From a virus: a stretch of 64,000 bases of DNA. This document shows, piece after piece, positions 9,540 through 19,470 of the stretch. The translations under genes and the position numbers were made by a program. Every line of letters begins with the position of its first letter. Position 1 is the first letter of the stretch. Location of the stretch: the IMG/VR virus record IMGVR_UViG_3300020473_000020, positions 74,060 to 138,059 of that record; one strand, written 5' to 3'. A model generated the notes under the pieces. That model saw only the letters and a list, made by a program, of their open reading frames with translations, searched no databases and was not told where the DNA came from.

Positions 9540-10477
9540 TAGTCTAACCCTCCGAAATCAGTTTTAGTCTGTAACTTCTTCACGTTCCAAGTGTTTGACT
9601 TACGGCTAACAAATAGCTGTGTCTCTGGCTCATCTGCCCACTTTTTCTTATCCTTTATGTTACGGCCAAATACCGTACGGAACGTGTAGGCCGTCACTGT
9701 TTTAACGCCTTTAGGCAGGCAAGACTCTCTAGCCTTCGGGTCACGCATCCCAACTGTCAGTGCCTCTTCTTCACCCGCTGATACGTAAGCACTAAAAGCT
9801 GAAACAAGCTTTAGCGCTAGGAATTGCTGCTTGCTCTCATACTCGTTTAAATCTCCCGACAAGGTTGCATCGCTCATGTTACCGACATGGGTCTGATACT
9901 CTTTAATTGTCTTAGAACGAAGCAGAAGCGGGATGGTCGTGTGATGTGTCATGACGCGGCTGAACTCACCGTCATCCGTTGGGATAATGATGGCTAAGGC
10001 ATTCTTATCAAGGTTTTCAGGTTTAACCATGACATTGCCCTCGGGACGATGAAAGTCGCTCAGAAGGGCATTCGTAACCGTCTTAACATGGTCTGCCGTG
10101 CGCATGTAAGTTACCATGAAGCTCGGTAAACGTACGCCATCATACTCAAAGTTAGCTGGAAGCGTGAAAACAAAGTTAGACATCGGAAAGTTGAAGCCCT
10201 TGGCGTCATCCACGTCGTAGTCAGCGTTTAGTAGATTCACGACATCTACCTCAGTTTCAGGGTAGATAACGTTACGCTTGGTTTTATTGAGCCAGTAGTG
10301 CTCTTCACTAAAGATATAATCATCCATTAGAGCACCATGTGGTAATCCTGCCCCAGCACGTTCGTCGACGATGGCATTCATCGCGCCTTTAAAGTCACCT
10401 TTTTTAAAGGTACGACCAAACGCCGCAAACATGTTCATGTGATTCGTTGTTAGTAGTTTTATTTTAGAATAGCGCAT
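9539..10477 (-). CDS. hypothetical protein lying between the two helicase halves
   Basis: 312-aa ORF with AAGGGAAG RBS; its TAA overlaps the ATG of 8532..9539; no recognisable nuclease motif. Confidence 0.75.
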   Translation of the reverse strand: MRYSKIKLLTTNHMNMFAAFGRTFKKGDFKGAMNAIVDERAGAGLPHGALMDDYIFSEEHYWLNKTKRNVIYPETEVDVVNLLNADYDVDDAKGFNFPMSNFVFTLPANFEYDGVRLPSFMVTYMRTADHVKTVTNALLSDFHRPEGNVMVKPENLDKNALAIIIPTDDGEFSRVMTHHTTIPLLLRSKTIKEYQTHVGNMSDATLSGDLNEYESKQQFLALKLVSAFSAYVSAGEEEALTVGMRDPKARESCLPKGVKTVTAYTFRTVFGRNIKDKKKWADEPETQLFVSRKSNTWNVKKLQTKTDFGGLD

Positions 10478-10492
10478 CTTAGCTTCCCTTTA

Positions 10493-12523
10493 TTATGACG
10501 TTGCTGTAGCGCGGCGATTACGCCCGCGACGTGACTTACGCTGAGACTGTAAGTCGTTTACAAGTGCGTCGACGTCTATGTCGATTTCACGACGCTGTCT
10601 ACGCTTACGGCGTGTTGCCGCAGGTTTTTCTGTTTTCGATTCTGTAGGTGTACTTTCCGTATAGTCATCGGTACGTATGTCTATCACTTGTGCCTGACCT
10701 AAAGACTTCTCATCAGTCGATAACAGACGGATTGATAAGCGGTCAAAGCTTGTCTGCGTATACACCTCAGCGTCTGGCGTTTGGATGTAATACTCAGGTG
10801 GTAGTGCACGGCCTGCACGACCTGCCATCTGGTGAATATCGGCCAAGTCGACTTGGTTGATACCTCGGGTTGTGCCTACGATGATTGCATTCTTTGCTGG
10901 AACGTTTACACCCCACGCAAGTGTACTGGTCGCCACAAGCACGCGGATTTTACCCATCGGATCCTTAAACTCACTCTCAATACGCTTACGCGTGTCCTTC
11001 GGTGCATCGGCATTATGGAACTCAGTAACAACCCCCTCACCGCGCAGTTGACGAACAAGTTCTTTACCCGTCGTTTTGTCATGGACGAAAAGCAAGCATT
11101 TCTCATGCTCGCGCTCGGGAGCCATTACTGCGTTCACGGCCTCTTGTATTTTGGCCTGTTGGTTACGACGGTAATCACCTTGCTCAATGTACTGCGGAAA
11201 GTGCCACGTTAGCGGTGTCGGTCTCCACGGTGAATTGATGACCTCTGTTTTCTTGCCGTTTAAGACTGTTAGCCACTTAGCAAAATCTTCAACGTTAGGC
11301 ATTGTCGCCGACATGAAGAGAATGCGCGCTTTCGAGTTAAGATTTGTAAAGCGCATCAAGCCTGCTTCAACAGCATGGCCACGGCTCGTGCCGATGATAT
11401 GTGATTCATCGACAACAACCAGTCTAATATCGTCGATCCATGCGCTTTTCTCTGAGCCGTACTTACGTGTACGCGAGTCAAGCATTTCAGACGTTACACA
11501 CAGAATGTCAGAGTTATTCACCTCACGGGCACGTGCCTCAGTCAACTGGTGGTCACCCGTCATGATACCGATGTCGTAGTCATCACCGAAAGTCTCTGAC
11601 CACTCTTCGTATTTTTCTTGGGTAAGTGCTCTTAGCGGCGAAACATAAACAACCTTATCGCCCTTGGCCAGTGTTCGCGCCATACAAAGCTCGGCACTGA
11701 CAGTCTTACCTGACGACGTCGCGGTACCAAGTACTAGGTTTACGTCATTTCGATGTATGTTATTCGCAAGTAGTGTACTTTGTACGCGGTTGAAATGACT
11801 AAACGGGTATTTCAAAAGCTTGTATTCGCTTGTTGGTATTACGTCGGCGTCATTCACTAAAGGAAGACCTATGCCAGATTGGCCATCGGTCTCTGACACA
11901 TCGCCAAAAGTTAGCGTACCATCTGCACTCGCCGCTTGCTTGTTGCCTTTCTCTGGTTGAAGCAGTGTATCAGGGAGCATCTGACCTTCTCGAAGAAAGT
12001 ATTGCTGACTCGGGGCATCTAAAACGCGAAGAGGGTGCACTTTCTCTGTTGCTAGCTCGCGGCCAGAACATACAAAGTAGTCACTGCACGACTTCATAGG
12101 GCGGCCTGCGTTCACGCGAATAGTTTTATGCGAACCACATTTAGGGCAGAAATCTATTTCTGCATAATCCATTGACTGGTTATCAGCGGCACGGTCGAGA
12201 GCTTCTAGCGTTCTTTTATCGAACGTCGATGATTTCAGTAACATCGGGTCGTACTCTCGAACCACCACGTTTGATTTAGGGTCGAAGGTTACGAGGCGCA
12301 CAGACGATGGGTTGTACTCCATATCTGTGTTGAAGCCTGTCACTAGCCAATTCTCAAGACGGCCATCAAGTGACTTAATTACAAGTTCGCGGTTGCCATC
12401 AAGGGCAAGGGCTACGTAACCCCATTTAGTCGATGCCCAATCTAGCTGAGCATGAAGCTGGTCTTTAATCTGTGACATAGTACTGCCTAAAAGTGAATAG
12501 GTTGTCTTCGGTCTATAGCGCAT
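10493..12523 (-). CDS. N-terminal half of a Ski2/Hel308-like DExH helicase with C4 zinc ribbon
   Basis: FNRVQ (Q motif), ATSSGKT, SPLRAL, DESH, MSAT, ATSTLAWGVN, QMAGRAGR; CPKCG...CSDYFVC ribbon. The start may be the ATG at 12478. Confidence 0.9.
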   Translation of the reverse strand: MRYRPKTTYSLLGSTMSQIKDQLHAQLDWASTKWGYVALALDGNRELVIKSLDGRLENWLVTGFNTDMEYNPSSVRLVTFDPKSNVVVREYDPMLLKSSTFDKRTLEALDRAADNQSMDYAEIDFCPKCGSHKTIRVNAGRPMKSCSDYFVCSGRELATEKVHPLRVLDAPSQQYFLREGQMLPDTLLQPEKGNKQAASADGTLTFGDVSETDGQSGIGLPLVNDADVIPTSEYKLLKYPFSHFNRVQSTLLANNIHRNDVNLVLGTATSSGKTVSAELCMARTLAKGDKVVYVSPLRALTQEKYEEWSETFGDDYDIGIMTGDHQLTEARAREVNNSDILCVTSEMLDSRTRKYGSEKSAWIDDIRLVVVDESHIIGTSRGHAVEAGLMRFTNLNSKARILFMSATMPNVEDFAKWLTVLNGKKTEVINSPWRPTPLTWHFPQYIEQGDYRRNQQAKIQEAVNAVMAPEREHEKCLLFVHDKTTGKELVRQLRGEGVVTEFHNADAPKDTRKRIESEFKDPMGKIRVLVATSTLAWGVNVPAKNAIIVGTTRGINQVDLADIHQMAGRAGRALPPEYYIQTPDAEVYTQTSFDRLSIRLLSTDEKSLGQAQVIDIRTDDYTESTPTESKTEKPAATRRKRRQRREIDIDVDALVNDLQSQRKSRRGRNRRATATS

Positions 12524-12543
12524 AGCGCTTTATCTATGGGTGT

Positions 12544-12572
12544 AAGATAGCAGCTAACCCGCTGCGCCGCAA
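12544..12572 (-). promoter_or_regulatory. sigma70-like promoter for the helicase operon
   Basis: TTGCGG-17 bp-TATCTT on the minus strand; TTGTACAA just upstream at 12578. Confidence 0.45.
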
Positions 12573-12811
12573 CTGTTTTGTACAACGATTTTGCAAGCGT
12601 AATCTGTGAGCAGGCCGTGCACGCACCATTGTGCATGCAATGGCTTTAGATGTTGACTGGCCATCACGCTAAGTCCTTGGGCTGTAGTCAAATATGCGCG
12701 CAATTCGGCGGTTAGTACTACACAAGTTGGACTGTTTCGTGTAGAGTGGCGCGATGCAAGGTGGCCTAAGTTGCTACCAACAAGAATTGAGACTTAGATA
12801 CTGGGCATTTT

Positions 12812-15001
12812 ATGATTAATCCTAAAGCGATTGATGGCTTTATCCGTGCCGACCGCGATGATTGGCGCTGGATTAAAAAGGCATCACTTGAAGAGCTAGA
12901 AGAGACGTTCGCCGACGTTCCTGTACACACCACACCTTATAAGCATCAATGGGCAAGTATTGCTCTTGGCGTTTCAAACCCAGCGTTCATGTACTTCCTA
13001 GACATGGGGCTTGGTAAAGCCTTGGAAGCATCACAGTTAGTACTAACGCCGACAGGTTGGAAAGCTATTGGGACGCTAATGGTCGGTGAAACTGTCGTCC
13101 ACCCATCGGGTGACCATTGTACTATCGAGGGGGTGTTCCCACAGGGTAATAAAGACTTATTCGAAGTTGCGTTCGATGACGGTACTAAGAGTATTTGCTG
13201 CAAAGAGCACTTATGGTCACTCTGTGATGAGGACGGTACTATTACCCAGACTCTTGAACTTCAAGAGTTCATGGGTGACATCAATAACCAAGAGCACCGA
13301 ATCCCACTCATTTCAAAGACAATCGACCTCAAAGGAAAATCACCAGAAATGGGGGCATATCATTCTCGCCGTGAGCTTCTTAATGAAACTACTTGTGATA
13401 ACGATGCGCTGTACCTCTCAAGGTCATTAGGCCAGTGGAGTGCATTGGACGAACACGGCAAGCTCATTACTAAAGATACTAAATACAAAACTATCACGAG
13501 TGTGACGCCTCACGGCTACGGCCAAGCTGTATGTATCAAGGTTGACCGTGACGACGGGCTATTCATCACAAATGACTTTATTGTTACGCACAACACTAAG
13601 CTACTTCTAGATTTGTTCATGTACCGCCGAAAGCTTGGCCAAGCGAAGCGTGCGCTGGTATTGGTACCAAACTTCACAAACATCCAATCATGGGTTGATG
13701 AAATCCAAGTACACCAGCCCGAACTTGTGGGCATCGGCCTTGAGGGCAGTGCGAAGCAGCGCAAGGAACTACTTGAAGCCGAAGGTGACGTCTGGATCAT
13801 CAACTACCAAGGCTTGCAATCACTTGTTACGAAGACTGAAAACCGTCGTCGCACTATTGACGAAGAGGCGCTTGAGTACACAGCAAGCTTATTTGACATG
13901 GTCGCGATGGATGAGATACACAAATGTAAAAACCCTGAGTCACTAACATTTGAAATCTGTGATGTCCTTTGTCAGGCCGCAAAGTTCCGCTATGGCCTGA
14001 CTGGTACGCCATTCGGCCGTAACCCTATGGACTTGTGGGCGCAGTTCTTCTTGATTGACCGTGGCGAATCATTGAGCCATCACCCTCAAATCTTTAAAGA
14101 AACATTCTTTGACCAGAAGGTTAACGGCGCAGGCTTTATGGACTGGGAGTTCAATAAGAAGAAAAAGCGCTTATTGAATCGCATGATCCAGCACCGCAGC
14201 ATACGCTACCGCGACTCGGAGTGTATGGACTTACCTAGCCAAAACTTCATTCCTGTGCGTGTTGGCATGGGCAAAGATGCCTTGAAGTATATGCGCGAAA
14301 TGCTTGACGAGATTCAGCAAAAGGCGATGGCTGGCGATGCGCTTGACGACCGTAAGAATGCTGAGAACGTCTTTATGAAGATGCGTACGCTAGCCTCGGG
14401 GTTTGTGCGTGTTTACGAGCTAGATGACGATGGCAAAAAGACGAAAAACTACGAAGACATCATCTTTAAAGACCAGCCTAAGCTCGATGCACTTACCGAC
14501 CTTATTGAGTCACTGCCAGAAGGTGAGAAAATCGTTATTTTCCACGAGTTCATCGCGACAGGTAATATGATTGAGGCTGCGCTCAAAAAGTCCAAGATTA
14601 AATACCTAGCGCTGAACGCACAAACCAAAGATAAAAAGGCGTTCTTACATGACTTCCGTGAAAATAAGTCTATTACAGCAGCCGTTGTAAACTCGAAGTC
14701 AGGTTCGACTGGTCTAAACCTACAGACAGCGAATCACATGGCCTTTTTTGAATCACCTGTTTCCCCGATTGAACGTCAGCAAGCAGAAAAGCGTACCCAC
14801 CGTGGCGGCCAGAAGAAGCCGTGCTTTTACTACGACCTGATTACGATCAACTCTGTCGATGAACGTATTCAAGAATTTATCAAAGAGGGTAAAGACTTGA
14901 TGACTGAAATCGTAGAGCAGAAGTCTAGCATGCTGCTTGGCATGATGGGCGAAATGGTAAGCGACGAGAAGTCGCGTACCAGCAAAAAGAAAAAGAAGTA
15001 A
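12812..15001 (+). CDS. SNF2-family helicase containing a mini-intein
   Basis: DMGLGK/T Walker A split by the intein; DEIH, LTGTP, DLWAQ, GSTGLNL, QAEKRTHRGGQ. Confidence 0.9.
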   Translation: MINPKAIDGFIRADRDDWRWIKKASLEELEETFADVPVHTTPYKHQWASIALGVSNPAFMYFLDMGLGKALEASQLVLTPTGWKAIGTLMVGETVVHPSGDHCTIEGVFPQGNKDLFEVAFDDGTKSICCKEHLWSLCDEDGTITQTLELQEFMGDINNQEHRIPLISKTIDLKGKSPEMGAYHSRRELLNETTCDNDALYLSRSLGQWSALDEHGKLITKDTKYKTITSVTPHGYGQAVCIKVDRDDGLFITNDFIVTHNTKLLLDLFMYRRKLGQAKRALVLVPNFTNIQSWVDEIQVHQPELVGIGLEGSAKQRKELLEAEGDVWIINYQGLQSLVTKTENRRRTIDEEALEYTASLFDMVAMDEIHKCKNPESLTFEICDVLCQAAKFRYGLTGTPFGRNPMDLWAQFFLIDRGESLSHHPQIFKETFFDQKVNGAGFMDWEFNKKKKRLLNRMIQHRSIRYRDSECMDLPSQNFIPVRVGMGKDALKYMREMLDEIQQKAMAGDALDDRKNAENVFMKMRTLASGFVRVYELDDDGKKTKNYEDIIFKDQPKLDALTDLIESLPEGEKIVIFHEFIATGNMIEAALKKSKIKYLALNAQTKDKKAFLHDFRENKSITAAVVNSKSGSTGLNLQTANHMAFFESPVSPIERQQAEKRTHRGGQKKPCFYYDLITINSVDERIQEFIKEGKDLMTEIVEQKSSMLLGMMGEMVSDEKSRTSKKKKK
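13019..13594 (+). mobile_element. 192-aa mini-intein (Ala1, class 3-like) in the SNF2 P-loop
   Basis: Starts ALEASQLVLTPTGWKAIG, block B CCKEHLW, block F QAVCIKV, ends IVTHN followed by Thr; no LAGLIDADG motif. Confidence 0.9.
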
Positions 15002-15043
15002 GTTGTTGTACAACGATTATTAATAAATGAGACTGAGATACTA

Positions 15044-15955
15044 ATGGGACTTTTAGATAAAGCACGTGCGCGTGCGAATGCCGACCGACCTGACGACTGG
15101 GTGAAAACCCTGATGCTGGTGGATTACTCAAGCTTGCTATACAAAGGCTTGAGCGTTAATGCTGAACTTATGTGCAAAGGTATGTACACGGGTGGCCTTG
15201 TTGGTTTGACCGACCAACTCGGCACCTTGGTTAGAGAGCATAAGCCTGAGCACATGATTGTGTGCGCTGATGGTAACCCATACTACCGTAAGACTCAGGT
15301 CTTCCCTGAGTACAAAGAAGACCGTAAGAAGCGAAAGCAACAGTTGCCCGATGAAGCCTTCGCGCACACGCGCATTTTAGGTGATGCGTTTTTAGAGGCA
15401 GCGGGTATTGACGTTTGGCGTGCTAAGGGATGGGAAGCTGATGACCTTTTCGCACTGGCTGTTGAACACTTTGCTAAGGACTATGACCGTATCGTCATTG
15501 CGTCAGCTGATGATGACCTTTACCAACTCTTCAATCACAAGAACGTGTACTTAGTCAAAAAGTCGGGTCTATATGGGCACAAGCGTTTCGAGGCCGATTA
15601 TCCTGACCTTACACCCGAAGACTGGGTGATCTTCAATGCTATCAAAGGCAGTCACAATAACTATAAGGGCGTTAAGGGTATCGGTGAGAAAAAGGCTCTT
15701 GAAGTCATGCGCGATGACGACTTGCTAGACAAAACCTACGAAGAGCATAAAGACGTGATCGACCTCGGCTTAAAAGTATGTGCACTGCCACTCCCGCTAA
15801 GTGCCTTGGAAGAGGGCATTAAATACCCAGAAGTGCCGAAACCCCGTGCGCCGCAGTACGATGAGCTTGCAGTTCGGGATTATTTAAGGCAACATGGCAT
15901 CCGCCCACGACCAACGCTAGGTCAGGCGCTTACGCACTTAGCAGGGTTTAAATAA
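15044..15955 (+). CDS. 5'-3' exonuclease / flap endonuclease (T4 RNase H / Pol I N-domain type)
   Basis: LVDYSS, YYRK..FPEYKEDR, WEADD, SADDDLYQL, GVKGIGEKKA (H3TH). Confidence 0.9.
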   Translation: MGLLDKARARANADRPDDWVKTLMLVDYSSLLYKGLSVNAELMCKGMYTGGLVGLTDQLGTLVREHKPEHMIVCADGNPYYRKTQVFPEYKEDRKKRKQQLPDEAFAHTRILGDAFLEAAGIDVWRAKGWEADDLFALAVEHFAKDYDRIVIASADDDLYQLFNHKNVYLVKKSGLYGHKRFEADYPDLTPEDWVIFNAIKGSHNNYKGVKGIGEKKALEVMRDDDLLDKTYEEHKDVIDLGLKVCALPLPLSALEEGIKYPEVPKPRAPQYDELAVRDYLRQHGIRPRPTLGQALTHLAGFK

Positions 15956-16079
15956 TCCTGCCAATGGGTACCGTACTAATAGAGGGCAGGTTTACAGCCA
16001 GCCCCTTGTACAATGAATTGTTGATACTAGCTTATAGAGTAAGCTAATGCGCTGATGGCGCTTAAATATAATTGAGACT

Positions 16080-17507
16080 TTGATGAGCACTAAAAAACTA
16101 TCTGATAACATGCAGGTAAATATCCTGTCTATGCTGATTTTCGACCACGAGCATAGCAGTACCATCCATTCACTGGTTGACCCTAACTACCTTGATAACC
16201 GCGTTATGCGTGAGATCTGCCGCGAGGCTCAAGCATACATTAACCGCTATAAGGCACCACCTTGCGAGCACATTGCTGACCTTCTTGAGGATAAGCTTAA
16301 AGGCGATAAAGCTTCAATCCGAAAGATGTACGAAGACATCTTGTATGACCTGTTTGAACAGCGCGATTCTATTAACGGTCAGTTCGTGATCAACCAGCTT
16401 CGCGGCTTTATCCGTGGGGCGCACCTAAAGCGTGAGCTAGCCAGTGCAGTAGAACATCTTCAAAACGGTGACATTGAGCGCGCCGAGCTGAGCGTTAACC
16501 AAGCACTTAGACTCCCCGACGCTTCTTTGGATTTGGGTATGTTCTTCGGTGAAGACATTGAACGTACTTTATCGTTCCTTGAAGAAATGACCGATTGTTT
16601 CCCTACGGGCATCCCTGAGTTTGATAAAGCGGGCATTGGTGCGGTACCAAAAGAACTTCTAATCGTAATGGCACCACCGAATACGGGTAAGACGTGGTGT
16701 CTACTTAACTACACCAAGTTTGCACTGCTAGCTCGTAAAAAAGTACTCCACCTAACCCTTGAAATGCACGAGGGTCGTACGGCTCAACGTTACTTGCAAA
16801 TGCTTTTCAGTATTTCGAAGCGTAACTCTGATGTACCTATCGTTGAAATGGAAAAGGACGACGATGGTAACTTACTTGGCATTGCGCCTTCGAATATTGA
16901 GCGTCCTGTGCTTGAGGGCAATGATGGCATCCGACATGAGCTGATCCACAAACTTAAATACCAAAAGCGTCTGCAACTGGTAATCAAGCAGTTCCCTACA
17001 GGTCAGCTGACAGTGCCTATGCTAGAGTCATACCTCGACCAGTTAGAGCGCCACAGCAATTTCGTACCAGACATGATCGTGATTGACTATGCTGACCTTA
17101 TGAAACTCGACGTATCTAAGATGCGTGAAAGCTTAGGCCAGTTGTACAAAGATTTACGTGGTATCGCGGTAGACCGTAACCTCGCCATGGTAACAGCAAC
17201 ACAGACAAACCGTGATGGTGCTGATGTCGGGGTAATCACTGAAAAGCACGTAGCTGAGGACTTCTCGAAGATAGCGATAGCCGATAATATTATCTCACTC
17301 AACCAAACAGAAGCTGAGCGAGCACTCGGCCTAATGCGAGCGTACGTCGTAAAAGCACGTAATGACGAGAAGGGTTGGCAAGTTCTTATGACACAGGCAT
17401 ACCAAGCAGGTCAGTTCGTACTCGACAGTGTCCGAATGAACGACAGTTACATTGACCATATCGAGTCCTTGAGCGAAACACAAAAGGCGATGGCCGACGT
17501 GGATTAA
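16080..17507 (+). CDS. dnaB: DnaB-like replicative helicase
   Basis: PTG..FD, APPNTGKT, LTLEM, IVIDYADLM, TATQTNR, KARN. Confidence 0.88.
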   Translation: MMSTKKLSDNMQVNILSMLIFDHEHSSTIHSLVDPNYLDNRVMREICREAQAYINRYKAPPCEHIADLLEDKLKGDKASIRKMYEDILYDLFEQRDSINGQFVINQLRGFIRGAHLKRELASAVEHLQNGDIERAELSVNQALRLPDASLDLGMFFGEDIERTLSFLEEMTDCFPTGIPEFDKAGIGAVPKELLIVMAPPNTGKTWCLLNYTKFALLARKKVLHLTLEMHEGRTAQRYLQMLFSISKRNSDVPIVEMEKDDDGNLLGIAPSNIERPVLEGNDGIRHELIHKLKYQKRLQLVIKQFPTGQLTVPMLESYLDQLERHSNFVPDMIVIDYADLMKLDVSKMRESLGQLYKDLRGIAVDRNLAMVTATQTNRDGADVGVITEKHVAEDFSKIAIADNIISLNQTEAERALGLMRAYVVKARNDEKGWQVLMTQAYQAGQFVLDSVRMNDSYIDHIESLSETQKAMADVD

Positions 17508-17529
17508 ACAGGCGACATCTAAAAAACCA

Positions 17530-17558
17530 AAAAGAGCTTTCATTAGCTCTTTTTTTTT
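17530..17558 (+). terminator. intrinsic terminator after dnaB
   Basis: AAAGAGCT-TTCATT-AGCTCTTTTTTTTT. Confidence 0.75.
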
Positions 17559-17924
17559 GCCTTGTTTTTAGGTTCTATAGGAAGCGCTGTAAGGTGTCGT
17601 AAAGCGCGTAGCGGTACATTGGCATCAAAATAGCGCGAACGCCGCGCACAGAAGCGCTGAGGTGGCCTAGAGGCGGTTTTAGGCCGCAGTTTTATCTTTA
17701 AGTTCAAGAAGTGAGACCGCTACAGCTACAAGTTACCTTTATTTATAGGATCCATAGTAGCGACCGTCATCAAGTGATCGTACAACTTCCAACAATACCA
17801 TGTTCTAGCTCACTCACACGTAACGTAGTGGAGTGGGAGTGTGGTAGGTTCACTTGTGAACCTACCCCCATCTGGTTGCATAATATGATTACGTTATGGG
17901 TTACGTTAGTTATCGTAATGTGTT

Positions 17925-17964
17925 CTTTCTAGATCTATCTTTCTAAATATACTTTCTAAATAAA
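17925..17964. repeat. three AT-rich 13-14-bp repeats, putative DNA-unwinding element of the origin
   Basis: CTTTCTAGATCTAT / CTTTCTAAATATA / CTTTCTAAATAAA at 17925, 17939 and 17952, about 60 bp from the iterons. Confidence 0.55.
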
Positions 17965-18024
17965 CTCTCCACCTTTTGAAATCGACCTACAGCCCTTGCA
18001 CTGTCTGCGTTCTCCACTTTTTCA

Positions 18025-18118
18025 TTAATATTCGATCACGCACTTTTTAATATTCGATCACGCACTTTAGAGGGTTCGTTAATATTCGATCACGCACCCT
18101 TAATATTCGATCACGCAC
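18025..18118 (+). repeat. four 19-bp iterons of a plasmid-type replication origin
   Basis: TTAATATTCGATCACGCAC at 18025, 18047, 18079 and 18100 (spacing 22/32/21 bp), upstream of the Rep gene. Confidence 0.85.
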
Positions 18119-18427
18119 TTTTTGCCAGAGAAACACCCTCCAAATTAGCGTTATCTTTTGACCGTTTTGCTACCAAGCTTTGTGGGCTTCATTTCGTGAG
18201 ATCCACAAGGAGTTGTACAATCCTTGACTAGCAGCCTGTATAACTATTGTGCTTTCTGCAAAGACCATCCATTTTTTACTGGAATTTTAGCGCGTTAGTG
18301 GCTATTATCGGCCAGCTTTGTGATCGACCTGATCGCTGAGCACTTAATGAGACTTGAGATACAAATTGGGCGAAGACCCAATAATGAGTGTTAAAGACCT
18401 TGAGGTCTTTTAATGTGAGACTATTAT

Positions 18428-19462
18428 ATGAGCTTAAAAACAAACAGCTCGGCTGTTGCACCGCTGGTGGCCTATGCTCCATTTAGTGAGAGTTATAGCA
18501 CCCCAACTAAGAAACGTAGTGCTAAGCCAAGCGTTGCCCAAACAAACATAAACTTCTTGGATAAGCCGTTGTTTATACCATCGCGTTCGCTAGAAGACCC
18601 CGTAACAGGAATAAAAACCAAGCTAGACCAATGCCGCTATTACAACGACGGTAATGGCTTTGAAATCCAAGCTATGGTTAATACCGAACTTAAAGCGCAA
18701 GGCTTTAAAGCATTCTTTGGACTGCCATCGTTCTTTGATAAAAAAGTGCTGTACATGCTCGCGTCACACCTGCCTGTATTTGATGTCAACCTAGCTGATG
18801 CTAAGAGTCTTCTAGATGACGACCATGAAGGTCTTATCCGAACAGTTGAGATTACAAACATTCGAGGGTTCCTGCGTAGCATCGGAACTTCGACATGTGG
18901 TAAGCAGGTCTTGCACCTGAAAGAGGCGCTGCTACGTTGGAAAAATCTAATACTAAGCTTTCACAACAATTCATTGACGGTGTCAGCTGGTGAAGACGGT
19001 GACGTCGTTCGAACTGTTGTCGAGTCAAAGCGTATTGAGGTTCTTGACCGCGTCGAGTTCGTTGAAGGTGCCACAGGTAAGATACAATCAATTAAGGTTA
19101 CCTTTAACCCCAACTTCCTGATCTGCAATAATGATAAGTTTTCTAGACGTGTGTCGCTGGATGTTTTTTGTAACCTAGCCAGACCCACAGCTGCTCGCCT
19201 CTATGAAATTCTTTCAAAGAACTTCTGGGGAACATCTGGCCGTAAGCTGTGCCGACGCACCCAAGCTCCAAAATGGAGCATAAACCTAGACAACCTTCTT
19301 GCTAAGATGGGGTCAAAATCTGATTACAATGCTAAGTCCACAATCCGTAAGGCGATAAAAGAGATTAACGAAAAGGACGAGTCTTACTTGTTCCGCGTTG
19401 ATTTTAGAACAGGTGTTGAAGGCCAAACGGTTGTTGATTTTGTTCGTCACAAAATGAGATAG
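18428..19462 (+). CDS. repA: plasmid-type replication initiator protein (winged-helix RepA)
   Basis: PLF, GLPSFFDKKVL, LKEALLRW, FNPNF, LARPTAARLYEIL, LDNLLAKMG and IRKAIKEIN follow the RepA/RPA-family pattern; iterons upstream. Confidence 0.75.
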   Translation: MSLKTNSSAVAPLVAYAPFSESYSTPTKKRSAKPSVAQTNINFLDKPLFIPSRSLEDPVTGIKTKLDQCRYYNDGNGFEIQAMVNTELKAQGFKAFFGLPSFFDKKVLYMLASHLPVFDVNLADAKSLLDDDHEGLIRTVEITNIRGFLRSIGTSTCGKQVLHLKEALLRWKNLILSFHNNSLTVSAGEDGDVVRTVVESKRIEVLDRVEFVEGATGKIQSIKVTFNPNFLICNNDKFSRRVSLDVFCNLARPTAARLYEILSKNFWGTSGRKLCRRTQAPKWSINLDNLLAKMGSKSDYNAKSTIRKAIKEINEKDESYLFRVDFRTGVEGQTVVDFVRHKMR

Positions 19463-19470
19463 GGCATAGC

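Noticed and set aside
9450-10807. Group I intron or ribosomal bypass joining the helicase halves
   Set aside because: The interval is almost entirely in-frame coding sequence with its own RBS and coupled start. I see no intron core and no U/G splice pair restoring the expected loop, and 1.3 kb is far longer than known bypasses. Only RT-PCR can formally exclude it.
18025-18118. Mini CRISPR array
   Set aside because: Spacers are only 2-13 bp, repeats are helically phased and next to repA, and no cas genes are present: iterons.
18199-18243. DnaA boxes near the origin
   Set aside because: The best candidates have two or more mismatches to TTWTNCACA.
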